From assembly GCA_012026655.1 (NCBI GenBank), contig JAAILG010001009.1:1-64000 (forward strand): a DNA stretch of 64,000 bases, read 5' to 3'. Shown here one piece after another: positions 12,316 through 25,296 of this stretch (its first letter is position 1; each line of letters begins with the position of its first letter). The notes under the pieces were generated by a model, which saw nothing but the letters and a program-made list of their open reading frames with translations, did not search any database and was not told where the DNA came from. This stretch comes from Hydrolagus affinis (taxonomy: Eukaryota). Both the position numbers and the translations under genes were made by a program.

Positions 12316-12632
12316 AAATAATAATAATAATCCTTGCATTTAATATAGCGCATTTCACATCTTATCGGCGTCTCAAAGTGCTTCATGGAATATACTGTAA
12401 AGTGAATTGACTGTATATTTGTGGGCGAAACGCAGCAGCCAATTGTGCACAGCAATGTCTCACAAACAGACATGGATTGAAATGACGAATTTTTTTTAAA
12501 AAATTGAAGGATTATTATTAGGCATGTGTGTGGAGTAAGGAAATTTGCCCAAGGTTTTTTCCCTGATCTGCCTGGATTTGAACACAGATCTCATGCTTGT
12601 AAGGCAAGTGCTCTAACCACTGAGCAGCAGGA
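12316..12632 (-). mobile_element. Full-length young tRNA-SINE
   Basis: Reverse complement of the family consensus from the (TAT)n tail to GTGCTCTAACCACTGAGC. Confidence 0.88.
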
Positions 12633-13119
12633 GCACCGACCTTTCGTCTAATGAAAGGTGATCGACCTGAAACATTAACAGACATTACTAGTTTATTCAG
12701 CCCATCAAGGGTGGACCACTGTTTTTTTCCGCCACATAAACTAATGAATCTAATCTCATATTTCTGAGGGTTGAAATTCCAGCTGGCATTCTGTGCAATG
12801 ATTTCACCAGGAGGTGACCGGAGGAACCATGTCCCAGCATGAATCAACATCTTAAAAAAGGATGACATATGTTTTCAATTTGAAGGAATATTCTCCATTC
12901 TGCTGGAAGTTTACAGTGGGCAGTGAATTCCAAAAGGCAGAATTCTAGATTGACTGAAACTGGTAATACTGATTTATTGAATTAACAGTAAACTTGATTT
13001 GATCAGGTGATTCACTTCGTGACTGTTTGTGGGACATTGCTGTGCACAAATTGGGAACATACATTAAACCAAAGTCCCATTTCCCAGTGTCCTGGCCATT
13101 ATTCCTCCGATAAACTGTT

Positions 13120-13685
13120 TTGAAACATCTCAAAGCGCTTAACAGGATTTACTGCAAAGTCTAGTAACTGCATACATTAAAAGCCCATTTATCCATGACT
13201 GCAATCAATAGTTATTGCTTTATTGACAAGTATCCATACAATATTCTGTTATTATTTAGTATATTATTAATATGGTATGTTTAAAAAAAGTTACTTTTTT
13301 TATGTTGGGTTTTCGGCCGAATATCCAGCATGCTGTTTAACCGGCATCAGCCAGGTCCTGAGGGTGCAGTAATGTGTACGCAATAATGTCCAACAACTAG
13401 CCATGAAGTGAATGCCCAATTTCAACTGAAAGAGTTTTAGCCAGGATACTGGGAGAAACTCCCTTTTATTTTCAAATAATGACACAGGGTCTTTATCATC
13501 CACTTCAATAGGACAATGCTTTATTTTAACATTTTAACATCTCAGCTGAAGGACAGGACCTCTGACAATCCTAGCACTGGAGCGTCAGCCTAGGCTAGGA
13601 ATTCACGGTCCTGACATGGGCTTTGAACCCACAACATTCTGTCTCAGAGAAAAGAGTGCCCCCCAACTGAGCATACCTGACATCA
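13120..13685 (-). mobile_element. Old DeuSINE interrupted by a Tigger-like MITE fragment (about 13175-13367)
   Basis: Deu-domain motifs and tRNA head at 13440-13685. The insert begins TA|CATTAAAAGCCCATTTATCC and is homologous to 42142-42575. Confidence 0.7.
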
Positions 13686-14599
13686 CGCTACAGAAGACCT
13701 CTTAATCCCACCTCCTTGCATTTTCCTAATATCCTTTATTACTCTATCTTCCTAAATATCTATCTACTCCCTAATTGATCCTATCCCTCTGACTCCCTTG
13801 GGCCATATGTTCTGCATTTTCACACACCCCTGAAGAAATGGTTTCTGATTTGCCTTCTAACAGAATGAGATTAATCATAAATGAAGGTTGTTATGGAGGA
13901 AAAGACCTCAGCTAATTTTGTGCTGTTTGTGCAACTAAAGTCCCACCAATAACAATATGATTAATAGCCAAAACTGTGTCATTGTGTTTGGAAGAATTTT
14001 GATGACAGCACAAGATAACTGGGGGAAACTAAACAACTTTTTAGCTCCTTTTTCAATTAGCTTCGGAGGAGATGGGGTGAGCAGGTGGTGTGGGGGTAAG
14101 GAGAGAGTCAGGACCTAAACCTCAGCTCTAATAGACATCTTGCTAAAACATGCAAAATATCTGGCTTCCAAATGATATGTAACATTGAGGGTGGAGAACA
14201 GCTTGCAGTGAGTTTAGGATTTAATCTTGTGTTTCTGCTGAAATTCCTAACCTGCTTGGGCTTTACTCCTGTGGTTTACGACATCCTTGGAAATTGATAA
14301 TTGAATTACCGCCTTGTAAATCATTGCTGGTTAATTCTTTTATTTGCTGTTGCCTTTAATATATCTACAGCTACCTGTTGTATTATCTATCGATGACCTT
14401 CATGGTAAAATGTGATTTGCTTTTCACTTCCCAATAAATGCGTTAACCATCAAAGACTTCAGTGCCTATAGTTGAAGCATCGTGGCTCAGTACCAAACCA
14501 CTCCAGCATTGTGCTGCAGGATCTGGATTTGTGCCTATGCTTTCTCTGAGCCAACCCACTGCCAACAAGGAGGGTAATCTGAACCTCTCTTTCAACACT

Positions 14600-15534
14600 C
14601 TGCTCTTTTTAATTTATATTAATGATCTGGACTTGGGTATAGGGAGCACTATTTCCAAGTTTGCAGATGACACAAAGTTAGGAAAAATAGTAAATAGTAA
14701 GGAGGATAGTAGCCATCTTCAAGAACATATAGACAGAATGGTAAATTTAATGTGGAGAAATGTGAGGTGATGCATTTTGAGAAGAGAAATGAGGGGAAGC
14801 AATATAGGCTAGCTAGTACAATTTTAAGGGGTGTGAAGGAACAGAGAGACCTGGGGGTTTGTGTAAGTGATTTTTTGAAGGTGGCAGGACAGTAGATAAG
14901 GCTGTTAAAAAAGCATATGGGATACTAGGCTTTATAAATAGGGACATAGAGTATAAAAGTTAGGAAGTTCTGACTAACCTCTATAAAACTTTGGTTAGGC
15001 CTCGGCTAGAGTACTGTGTTCAATTCTGGTCACCACACTTTAGGAAGGATGTTAAGGCATTGTTAAGTGCAGAGGAGATTTACCAGGAATGAGGGACTTC
15101 AGTTTTGAGAAAGGCTAGAGAGGCTAGATTTATTCTCACTGGAGCAGAGAAGTTTATGAGGAGACCTAATAAAGGTTTTCAAGATCATGAGGGGATTCAA
15201 TAGGATAAACAGGGAAAAACTGTTTCCACTGGTGGGTGTATCAGTGACTCATGTTCACAGATTTAAAATAGTTTCAAAAAGAAGCAGAGGGGAGGTGAGG
15301 AGAAATTTTTTCACTCAGTGAGTTGTTCAAATCTGGAATGCATTGCCTGAAAAGGTGATGGAGGCCGATTCGATAACAACTTTTAAAAGAGAGGTAGACA
15401 TTTATTTGAGGAGAATGGGTTTGTGCGGTTATGGGGAGAGAGCTGGGGAGTGGATTTGAATTGTTTTTATCAAAGAGCCGGCATAGACTCGATGGACCGG
15501 CTCTTTTGTGCTGTAAGATTCTATGATTCTATGA
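14600..15534 (+). mobile_element. 5'-truncated CR1 LINE (RT C-terminal part and 3' UTR), decayed
   Basis: Translates FLIYINDLDLGIGSTISKFADDTKLG, a CR1 reverse-transcriptase motif, with later frameshifts. Ends in the CR1 terminal repeat (ATTCTATG)2. Confidence 0.92.
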
Positions 15535-16489
15535 ACAGTGACCAATGCATGAAACTGGTGGGAGACTGAGAGAAAGGTGGCCGAATGGGGGGTGCTGGAG
15601 GGGTTGAGGGAGGGCAAGATTCTGTCTACTGGGAGAAATGTCCCATAGGAAGACTCGGCTGGTGAAAATCAAACAAAGTACTGAAAGGGAAAGAACTTTA
15701 TTCCGTTGCACATTTACGTTGTTGCATGTTTATCATGTTGTACGTTTTCCCAGCAGAATCATCAGAAAAATAGTGCCAATTCACCAACAACAGCACGGTA
15801 TACAACGGGATAGTAAAGCAAATCACTTTTAAACACCTCTCTTCCACCTTGCCTCTGTCCCTTACCAAGACCTTGGTGGGTGATCACAGGCACGGTCAAA
15901 GACGAACATTTTGACCGCCCCTATGGTTGCCTCCCACTCCCCCTTTTCCTTTGCTTCATGCCCAACCCCATCACTGTGCAGTGCTCTGAGATATTATCTT
16001 ATCTGAAGGGTGCTACATAAATGCAAGCAGTTGCTTTTTCCCTGCAGAAACACAGCAGCGTAGTTCCAGCAACTCTTGCTTGCAAGCTGATTTTCTACTG
16101 GGCAATGCATTTTCTCTCTCTGTTGAGCTGAGACTGTACATATGCATTTAGTAAAACATCAATCAAGCTAGTTTTTAATACAAACAAAAAAATTCAAAGA
16201 AATGTTGTGATTTTATATTTTAACATTATTGCCGTGGATCTGCAGTACGGGCATACTGCAGAGCCACTAAGCGTTTGAATGTCTATGATGTGAATTTACT
16301 TTGGGGCAGATGAATGGAGAACATGCGTAATTCATAAAGCTTATTGGGGGAGGAAATTGTGTTTGATAGAACAAACAGGGGAAAAAAGAAACTGATAATT
16401 GTAAGGAATCACATACATGGGCATGCAAATATGCCGAGTGGATTTATCAGAATGTGTCAAGATATATATGCACAGCAACAACTAGGTGT

Positions 16490-16884
16490 CATAATAATAA
16501 TAATTCTTACATTAGATATGGCACCTCTCACATCAGTAGGGCATCTCAAAGTAGGATTTATTCTTTTATTATTATTCTAATGTGTAGTCACTCTGTATTT
16601 ATATAGGCCAAGGTGGTAGCTAGTTTGCAACTAGTAATGTCTCACGAACAGCTTTGAAGTGAGTGATCCATTTTATCCAGCACGTTGTTGATTCGGACAC
16701 TGGGATAAATCCCCTTCTCTTTTTGGATAGTGCCACAGGATCTTTGACATCCATCTAAAAGGCAGACAGGACTTTGGTTTAATGTCTCATCTGAAGGACA
16801 GTACCTTCAACAATGCAGTACAACCCCAGCACTGTATTGGGATGTCTAGTTAGATAGAAGGAGTTCAAAGTCCTGACATGAGAT
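16490..16884 (-). mobile_element. Old DeuSINE (SacSINE1-like)
   Basis: GTGCCACAGGATCTTTGACATCCA...GGTTTAATGTCTCATCTGAAGGACAGTACC is the reverse Deu domain. Confidence 0.72.
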
Positions 16885-17241
16885 TGACTCAGAGGTTAGA
16901 GCACTTCCTTACAAGCGTGAGACCTGTGTTTGAATCCAGGCAGGTCAGGGTGAAACCTTGGGCAAGTTTCCTTAGTCCACATGCCTAATAATAATCTCTC
17001 CAAAAAAGACCCAATAATAAAATTGGTCATTTCAATTCACAACTGTTTGTGGGACACTGTTGTGAGCAATTGGCTGCCGCGTTTCACCCACAAATATATT
17101 TTGACTTTACAGTATGTGAAGTGCTTTGAGACGTCTACAACAACAACAACAAAAATTACATTTATAGAGCACCTTTCATGTCGGGAGGACATCTAGGAGA
17201 TGTGAAAAGTGCTATATCAAATGCAAGGATTATTATTATTA
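16885..17241 (+). mobile_element. Full-length young tRNA-SINE with an antisense L2-tail insertion
   Basis: Family consensus from head to (TAT)n tail; insert at about 17138-17187. Confidence 0.85.
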
Positions 17242-17944
17242 CTGTATTATGATTTATTACACCTAAGTGTTAATAGTCTGATAAGGTAAATTCTATATAA
17301 ATTCTATGTAAATGTTGCTTTACCACTTCAGGATTTTTAAAAACATTTTGACATTGTAACAAAGTACCAGCATTTTAAGCAACCTACATTTTTCCCCAAC
17401 AGTGCATTATGAGACAGCACACCAAGTTAATGCTATTTATTCTGCCTGAGTATTCTGACATGTTTATTGACACACAAATTACCAGCATTTTGCATTGAAC
17501 CACTGAATCAGACTGTTTGCAGAGAGAGAAAGGCCATTCCATCCCCACTTTTTTCTTTTGTTTTTAACAGAATCATTTCATGCTGATTGCTGCTCTGTTA
17601 CCACAAGCTGATTTTGTTCCAAAAATACAGCATTACCATTAGGATTTGCTCAAGTGTTACTGGTGATACAACCTGACCACAGCTGGTAATACAAAGACAC
17701 ACAGTGATAATCTAATGCTTTGATTATGGTAATACAGTATCATGGTAATGTATAGAGTCTAACAAAATATTTTGATAAGGGCACACTTGCAAAACCACAT
17801 GATAATCTAATAGAAATAAAAGGGAAATTTGAAAGCTGGCAATCTGAAATTGAAAACACAAATAAATGCTGAAATGCAAAGCAGGCTCAACAGCATTTTT
17901 GTTTTTCTCCTCCCTACCTCTGTGACCTTGTAACATCATACCCC

Positions 17945-18265
17945 TGCCTCTATTTGTCTGACTCTGGCCTGCACCACGTCACCTGCTTTGCCTACCCAAC
18001 ATTGACGGTTTGGCCTTCAGGCTTCCTGCCCCCACCCTCTGGAACATCATCGCAAAGTCTCTTCGCCTCGCTCCCTACCTTGCCAACTTCAAGGCCCGTC
18101 TCAAGAACTTCCTCTTCGACTGCGCCTTCGATTAGCCTCCTACTTCCAACCTCTCTGACCTCCAAACCTCCTGAATCCCAACCCCGATGCAAATCGGTGA
18201 ATGTCTACTGCGATGTCCTCCTGACATGAAAGGCACTATAACCATGTAATTTGCTGTTGTTGTTA
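17945..18265 (+). mobile_element. L2-clade LINE 3' fragment
   Basis: GCCTTCAG...GCCCCCACCCTCTGGAAC (the RAFS..AP.LWN motif) and a 3' tail TCCTCCTGACATGAAAGGCACTATA..(GTT)n shared with 38185-38455 and 48860-49410. Confidence 0.8.
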
Positions 18266-18813
18266 TCAGCTGTGCTGATAGTAGAATCTCTTCAACATGC
18301 TTAAAAGTATCCAAACTAGACAGGCGTTCCACATATGTATGTTATTTACACATGGAAATGCCGCTGTGTTTAGAATGGAAAGTGTACTTTTCTCCTGGGA
18401 TAGGGATGAAGCTTATTTACCTAATGCCCAGTTTGGCAATAGCCAATGTGTAAATTGGGCCTCTGGCAGCATTTTTGCCATGCATCCAATTTTGCTGCAT
18501 TTTTATCTCCATCCATGTACAGTACTTACTACAGAATACTGCATTCCCTGACTCAGAAATGAACAACAACAAACAGCAATGACAACTTGTATTCATATAG
18601 CGCCCTTCATGCAGGGAAGTGACTTTCACACAGGGTAGTGACCTTCACTGAGGGTAGTGTCGCAGAATGCTTGACAGTGGTGGAGTCTGACATTAATTGC
18701 CAATTTTGACCAAATACCCACAAACCTCTGCACAAGTTAGCCAAGGTGCGAATGTTCTCTCTCTTCTGTGACGTTGATTTGAATTCCTGCCTCCCCAATG
18801 GCACAACTAAATG

Positions 18814-19230
18814 CAATAAAAGCTTGTTTATCCGGCACCCAACCAACCGGAACACTCAACCCCAACCGGTATCTCCCAATACAATGCACCATTCTAGCAA
18901 ATCGATCTTATACTGGAGCCATCCGGGACACTCGCGCGAGTATGATCACTTTGCGCATGCATGCAATGCTTGTGCGTGCGCACTTATTAAACTTAACAAA
19001 CGCTGGAATTTTTATTTTACCGATCATTTTACTGAGTGAGCTGGAATGCTTTATTGGTAAGTATCCATGCAATATTCTGTTATTATTTAGTCTATTATTA
19101 ATATTGTAGTTTTAAAATAAGTTAATTTTGTGTGTAGGATTTTCGGCAACTTGCCGCTTGAATATCTGGCATATTTAATTAATCGGCATTGGTCAGGTCC
19201 TGAGGGTACTGGATAAACAAGTTTTTACTG
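18814..19230. mobile_element. Tigger-like MITE family B
   Basis: TIRs CAATAAAAGCTTGTTTATCCGGCACCC ... GGGTACTGGATAAACAAGTTTTTACTG|TA; internal homology to 42142-42575. Confidence 0.82.
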
Positions 19231-19234
19231 TAAT

Positions 19235-19685
19235 AATAATAGTACTTACATTTGCTATTGGGTCTATTGTGTTAAGAGGATGTCTTTAAGTACTTCATAA
19301 GTTATATGGCAAAGTGTAGTGTGTATTTGGATGTGAATGCAACAGTCAATTACGGCACAGCAATCTCCCACAATAAACCAAGTAGTAAATCAATAATTTG
19401 TTGGAGGATTGTTGGCCAGGACATCAGAAGAAACACCCTTCTCTTTTCAAACAGAGCCATCAAATCTTTAACAACCACCTGAAAAGGCAAACAGCATCTC
19501 AGTTTAACATCTCAGTTTAGCATCTCAGCATCTCCGAAGGACAGCAGCTTCAACAATGTGGAATACTGCTACACTATATAGGCGGGACAGCCTAGACTAT
19601 GTTGGTGCAAAGGCACATAGTTTGAATGCACAACCCTCCAACTGAGAGGCGAGAGTACTACCACCTGAGCCTGGCTGACACTCGG
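19235..19685 (-). mobile_element. Old DeuSINE (SacSINE1-like), near full length
   Basis: Tail, TTGGCCAGGACA, TTTAACATCTCA..CCGAAGGACAGCA Deu motifs, and a tRNA head ending CTGAGC..GGCTGACAC. Confidence 0.72.
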
Positions 19686-20346
19686 CTATGTCTGTGAAGT
19701 GCAGTGTGAATAATAATACAAGAACAAATGAACATCCACCATTCTGTAGCAATTAGCAACCTTTTAACCTTGGACATCCTCCTGACGTGAAAGGCGCTAT
19801 ACAAATGTAATTTTGTTGTTGTTTTGAACAAAAATCAATCTCTAACAAACAGTAATAGTTAATAAACCTCAGACTTAGAATCACCAGAGGCACTTGAACT
19901 GACAAGAGTCGCTGTTCGTGACGGGCCTCATTTAAAAATGTTCAAAACTATGCTGTTTTTGCCCATAAACAGAGTACACCACAAATTCCTGTCCCGCTTC
20001 AGAATGATTTTTCTCAGACACAAAGAACTCCAGTTAACTCCATTAAAATGCAGAGTGTACATATAATATATGTTTGTCGTCCTGGCAAGAAAAAATACTT
20101 TGAAGCGGTCACTTTCAAAGAATGCCATCTTACTTTTTAATATGTAGCTGGTGAATAACTGAATTTACCCTTCAAATATCGACCAAAACGTTGTACTCAA
20201 GTTCTAAACAGACAGGAACGTTCCATTTGTATAGAATTAAGTGATAAGGCTTTTTCTCAAATGCAAGACTGATTATAAACGGTGCCATAAATGTTGTCTT
20301 ATCCTTTAAGTGATGGGCCACAAGCTACATTTTTTTCACACCTTAC

Positions 20347-20568
20347 CTGTAATGGGTGCGTATGTAGTGCCTATTTCTTCATTGCCACAGCAAACACGTG
20401 CTTTGCTAACTGCTTGACCACCACAACACTGTTGATTAAAACCATCATGAAGTGATTTGGTACAACATATCTGGTCTCCTTCTTTGAAGTAAGGGTAGTC
20501 CCCACAGCATGAATCGCCAATTCCTACATAGATCTGATTCTGATCCTCATTGAAGCAGCAAACTTCAC
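20347..20568 (-). CDS. USH2A: Usherin coding exon (human exon 50 equivalent), Cys-rich region, 222 nt
   Basis: EVCCFNEDQNQIYVGIGDSCCGDYPY...QICC...QQCCGGQAVSKARVCCGNEEIGTTYAPIT(G). Acceptor ttttcag|GT, donor ACAG|gtaag, phase 1 to 1. Confidence 0.96.
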
Positions 20569-20734
20569 CTGAAAAGAGTATATTTATTACATTAGTATTG
20601 TATAAAAAGGGCCAAATGCAACAAATTGTGCTGCATAGTTTTATGACATTTAGCATAAAAATCCCTAGTGCTCTTTCATTCTAAGTGTTTTTAATGTGTA
20701 CCTGACACCACTTTTACAGTTCTCCATTTGTAAT

Positions 20735-20910
20735 AAATTCCAACTCACTTATCTCTAAACCGTTAATGTCAACATTCCTCTAATATCGACAAACAAGTGA
20801 AATGTTAATCGCAGAATATCTATTGTCTGCTTGTGACTACCTATACCAACAAATAAATGTCCACAAAACTCGAATGGTCCCCCACATGTCGACATAAGTG
20901 GGTAGGACTG
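20735..20910. mobile_element. Degenerate Tigger-like MITE
   Basis: Right end GTCGACATAAGTGGGTAGGACTG|TA is imperfectly complementary to left ATTCCAACTCACTTATCTCTA. Confidence 0.45.
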
Positions 20911-22467
20911 TAGAGCTAGTTTTTAGTTAGCAGGTGTCTTGACTTGATTATTACTACATTATTATTACTATATCATTACATATTACTGTACTTTGCTGAA
21001 GAGTATCTAAAACAGACTCAGAGTTCCACATACACACCCACCTACAAGTGGATATTTCCCTGTCTCTGGAATGGAATGTGGCTTCTGTCCCTGGAGGGAC
21101 ACACCCTATGCACCTAATTCCCGTGTGTTACGTACAGATTGGCAAAAACTAGGACTTGAGGATCCTAGAGTGTGCGTTGGGGTAACTGCTGGAGATTAAA
21201 CAGCTAAAACTGCATAACTTGCCATTGAAAGCACTCTTGAAAATTTTGCGTTACTTGTCCGGCTAGAGCTACCTTATCCATTAGTGTAAGGATTTGGCTT
21301 CCAGGGTTAATAGCAAATGAGTGTAAAGAGTCTCTGATCCCTGAATCTCCATCCTCTATAAATTAAATCTTGAATTATAAGAAGTGGGAAAATAGCTCTA
21401 ACAATACTGGCCTGCAACGTTTAGTGACTATTTGCCCCTGAAAGTCTAACCGATGATGCGGGCTGGCTGGTCTGTCACCAGCAGTGTCTGGAGTACTGTG
21501 GAATCACCTGGTTCAGGAACCAGATGACTGAGACTGCCACGGAGAGTTGACTCGATTACAATATTTTGTTGTCAAGCATGTCACCTTGGAGCAAACTCAG
21601 CTCCATGGAGGATAAGATAATAAGGAGGATAATAACATTATTAATAATATTTGTAGAGGTAGAAGGTTTCGCACTGAAAAAGACACATACAGGATATTCT
21701 TTATCTAAATTGAAGCTCTGAAACAGCCATATCTAAATATCTAAAGTGAGGCTCTGTCAACCAGTCTTGAATTCCACCTGGGAACTTCCAATGAACACAA
21801 TCAGCTGTTGAAAGTGAAATTTAATTTCTACAATCTCAATTATTTGACATTTGGAGAAAACAAAAAACTAGATAACAGTTGTATGATATGATAGATGAGA
21901 ATTTCATAGCGTCTGAGATTTATATTATATTACATTTCTGAAGCCGAAATATTTACCCTTTCACTCAACAGCAAACAACAACGAGACCACAATTTTAATT
22001 TCTGATCCCAGGATGCACAATGAAGGCAGAAGAAACGAACAAAACACCAAAAGCAACAATGAGTCAAGCAGTTACAGTAGCTCAGTGGTATTATCAGCTA
22101 TTATGCAGGAGAACCTCAGTTTACATTCAGCTTTCTCCCACATCTAACAGACTCACTATGACCCTCAGAAGATTGGTAGTACTTAAGCAGGGATAAGGTT
22201 TTGACTTTTATAGGTGCTGACAGATCTCGGCATTGCTGTTAGAATGTTATAACCATGTGGAGGTCGATTGTTTTTTTTCTTCCAGCAACTAAGTCTGCCG
22301 ATTATGGGCCCACTCAGTACATGATGTACTTAAGCTTCTGAGGTTCATCTGTGCAGTAATGGGAAACAAAGCACCTCTCCCACTTAACCTCTGCCTAAAA
22401 TGTCAAGTGACTCAATGTCAGCAAATGGCTGGCGGTAGAACGCAGATAAAAGTTTAGGCTTGCCTAC

Positions 22468-22636
22468 CTGGCAGGACTCTAACGTAATCATTCTCACAAC
22501 ACTGATACCCAGGTTCGAATACGTGGAGTTGCCCACTGCAACACACAACTGAGGAGTTGAAACTTGAAGCAACGTATCTGTCTTCACAGCAACTGTAGCC
22601 TGGCTGATGGCTGTAAAGTACTCCATCACAGCAAAC
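22468..22636 (-). CDS. USH2A: Usherin coding exon (human exon 49 equivalent), Cys-rich region, 169 nt; the ORF track shows another frame
   Basis: Manual translation VCCDGVLYSHQPGYSCCEDRYVASSFNSSVVCCSGQLHVFEPGYQCCENDYVRVLP(G). Acceptor ttaatag|GTT, donor CCAG|gtagg, phase 0 to 1. Confidence 0.96.
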
Positions 22637-23131
22637 CTATTAAGAACATTAGGGGACATTTCATGCAAAACATATCATCATTTTACCCACAGTAACATGT
22701 CGGAGTAAAAGTCTGAGCTGTAATGAATCTGCTCAGCTGTAAAGTAGGAACCCAGTGAGTCAAGAAAGAGTTTAGAATGGTTCAAATCTGCTCAACAAAC
22801 TAACCTTTGCGTTGCTGATTATGACAAATGACTCCAGCCACAGGCTGGCATATACATAATATAATATAAATATATATATGTGTGTCCAAACGCTTAAGTT
22901 TAGTATTGTCATTTTTTATTTGAAACTTTCACATTAAATAGCTCTTTGAGCTAAGTAATTTGTGGAAAACATTACTTGGTTTTAAAAAGGGGAATAAAAG
23001 AAAGCAAATGCTGGAAATTTGAAATAAAATCGGGAAGTGAAGACTAACACGCAACAGGTCAATCAGCATCTGAAAGATAACATCATAATCATTGTAAACA
23101 TTTTAAAGCATGAGGAAGAAGATAGGATGAT

Positions 23132-23838
23132 CTAGAATCATACAGCACAGAAGGAGGCCATTTGAGCCAACGTGCCTCTGCCGGGTCTTAGAAAGAGCTA
23201 CCAAGAAAGGCAACCACTGGAAAGAAGAACTTGAACTGGGGGCTGCATTTTGTATTTGTCTGATTGTTTTTTGTTTGATTTTGTTATTCTAATATTGCAT
23301 TTTTGTACAGTTGTGGCATCATATGGTTTTACAACCATATGATGCAAAACATCCCAATCATTGCAATCCACGACTATTTGTGGGACACTGCTGTGTGCAA
23401 TTGACTGCCGTGTTTCGCCCACAAATATACAATCAATTCACTTCACAGTATATTCCAAGAAGCTCTTTGAGACATATAGAAGACGTAAAAAAAAGCCCTA
23501 TACTAAATGCAAGGATTATTATTATTACCTTTGTAGGTCTTCTGATACGTTATGTCAGTTGAATGAATTCTAACTTTGCATCCAGTTAAAATGAACAGGT
23601 CTGAACTGAGTTTAGCACTGTGGAACACAATGGAAATAAAGGGAAAAAAAACTAGTCCCATTCCACTACTTTTCCCCCATAACCAGGCAACTGTTTCCTT
23701 TCCAAGCACCTATCCAATTCTCTTTTGAAAGCTACTATGGAATCTGCTTCCACCACCCATTGCAATGCAGACCGTAACAACTCTCTGGTAAAAACAATTC
23801 TCCTCGTCGCCCCTTTGGTTCTTTTAGCAATTATCATC
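23132..23838 (-). mobile_element. CR1 3' fragment in two pieces (about 23132-23200 and 23650-23838), separated by DNA that includes a SINE piece (23362-23527, +)
   Basis: TAGAATCATACAGCACAGAAGGAGGCCATT is the reverse CR1 tail. The second piece translates ..VVEADSIVAFKRELDR.., the CR1 ORF2 C-terminus. Confidence 0.75.
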
Positions 23839-24087
23839 TAAGTTTTTTTTAAAAAAAACCTTAAACATCTACTCATCTATTTCTAATGCAATGTGCAGAG
23901 CAGGTTCAACAAGCTCAATGTCCTGCTCTTCTTCTTCTAATCAGAGTGAGGATTTCTGTTTTTTCCCAATGCTTTGCAGTGTGCTGTGGATGACCTTCAT
24001 TTTCTGTTTTGTAACAAGACGACAAAATGTTACCACTTTCCTGAGGAACACATTTCATCCACTCTATTTTAACGCTCACAGACATAA

Positions 24088-24200
24088 ATTTCGCCCACAA
24101 ATATACAGTCATTCACTTTACAGTATATTCTGTGAAGCGCTTTGAGACGTGGGTAAGATGTAAAAAAGCGCAATATCAAATGCAAGGATTATTATTATTA
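24088..24200 (+). mobile_element. Young tRNA-SINE 3' tail
   Basis: TTTCGCCCACAAATATACAGTC...GGATTATTATTATT. Confidence 0.85.
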
Positions 24201-24589
24201 TAAAAAGTGGTTGGTTATGCAGCTCAGTGCCATCAACCGCGGTTGTTTTATATTAAGCAATAACCAAAACCCAATCGACATTTAAGCTAAATTTTTCTTC
24301 CCCTCCACCTCCACCTCACCCAAGGCACTGGAATGAGTTTCTGATTCCAAATGTTTCGCACAAAGTTTCCTCTTTCAATTTTCTCCATTAATTTCCTGAA
24401 AGAATGCAGACTTGTCCTGGAATACATTAGCACAGCTGGTTTACATTGGGCATTCTTCAAAGCTGAACCTGGGTATAGGTACCAGCAGGAGCTGCCATCA
24501 TAGCCATGCCTGATCCTTGTGCAATTTCAAGCAAGGCCTCTGGATAACAATGAGGAGAAGGGACTTTATAATAATATAATAAAGGTAAT

Positions 24590-24893
24590 CATCTTCATCC
24601 TTGCATTTGATATAGTGCTATTCACGTCTTCTAGACATCTCACAGCACTTCACTGAATATGCTGTAAAGTGAATTGACTGTATATTTGTGGGCGAAATGC
24701 AGCAGCCAATTGCGCACAGCAGTGTCCCACAAACAGTCATGGATTGAAATGACCAATTTATTATTGGGGGGTTTTGAGGGATTTATTATTATGTGGGGGG
24801 TAAGGAAACTTGCCCAAGGTTTTGCCCTGCCTGGAATTGAACCTAAGTTTCTCACTTTCAAGATGAGTGCTCTAAACACTGAGCTACAGGACT
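24590..24893 (-). mobile_element. Full-length young tRNA-SINE
   Basis: Reverse complement of the family consensus including A and B boxes. Confidence 0.88.
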
Positions 24894-25021
24894 CTAAATC
24901 ATATCTATCTATTCTCTTGAAGGGAAGCATTTCAAAAGAACCACTTTGTGATAATTAGCTACAAAATTCCAGTTTGCTACTATAGAGTGTTCATAATAAT
25001 TAATAGAGGGACATTCAGTAC

Positions 25022-25220
25022 CTGACTCAATGGCTGATAACAGGTGTGCTCACAAATATTTTCAGTTGTTTTACACTCAACGTAGGTGCATTGTTGGCTG
25101 TTCTGGTTTACTTTTGGGCTCATGGTATCCACACAATGATGCAAAGTGCTTCTCCAAAGCTCATAACCTTTCAGGATACCATTCGTTCGACCGGGAGACG
25201 TCCAATCAATTTGAAGAGAT
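25022..25220 (-). CDS. USH2A: Usherin coding exon (human exon 48 equivalent), 199 nt
   Basis: SLQIDWTSPGRTNGILKGYELWRSTLHHC...CTYVECKTTENICEHTCYQPLSQ. Acceptor tgcctag|AT, donor CAG|gtactg, phase 2 to 0. Confidence 0.96.
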
Positions 25221-25296
25221 CTAGGCAAATACAGAAGATTAACATTAGAAGGAGCTGTATCAAAAAGTGCTGCCCTGATATTTGTATACAGGTCAG

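Noticed and set aside
14462-14770. ORF with a reverse-transcriptase motif as a functional or domesticated RT
   Set aside because: 5'-truncated, frameshifted CR1 relic; the ORF start lies in unrelated flanking DNA.
22384-22668. ORF-track protein MHEMSPNV... over exon 49
   Set aside because: Wrong frame; the usherin Cys-rich translation uses another frame bounded by canonical splice sites.
23000-23075. Short AAATGCTGGAAAT..CAGGTCA..CAGCATCTG fragments (also near 4420, 17830, 36130, 55020), resembling Penelope-like element ends
   Set aside because: Probably real old repeats, but too short and decayed to delimit or classify by eye, so not listed as features.
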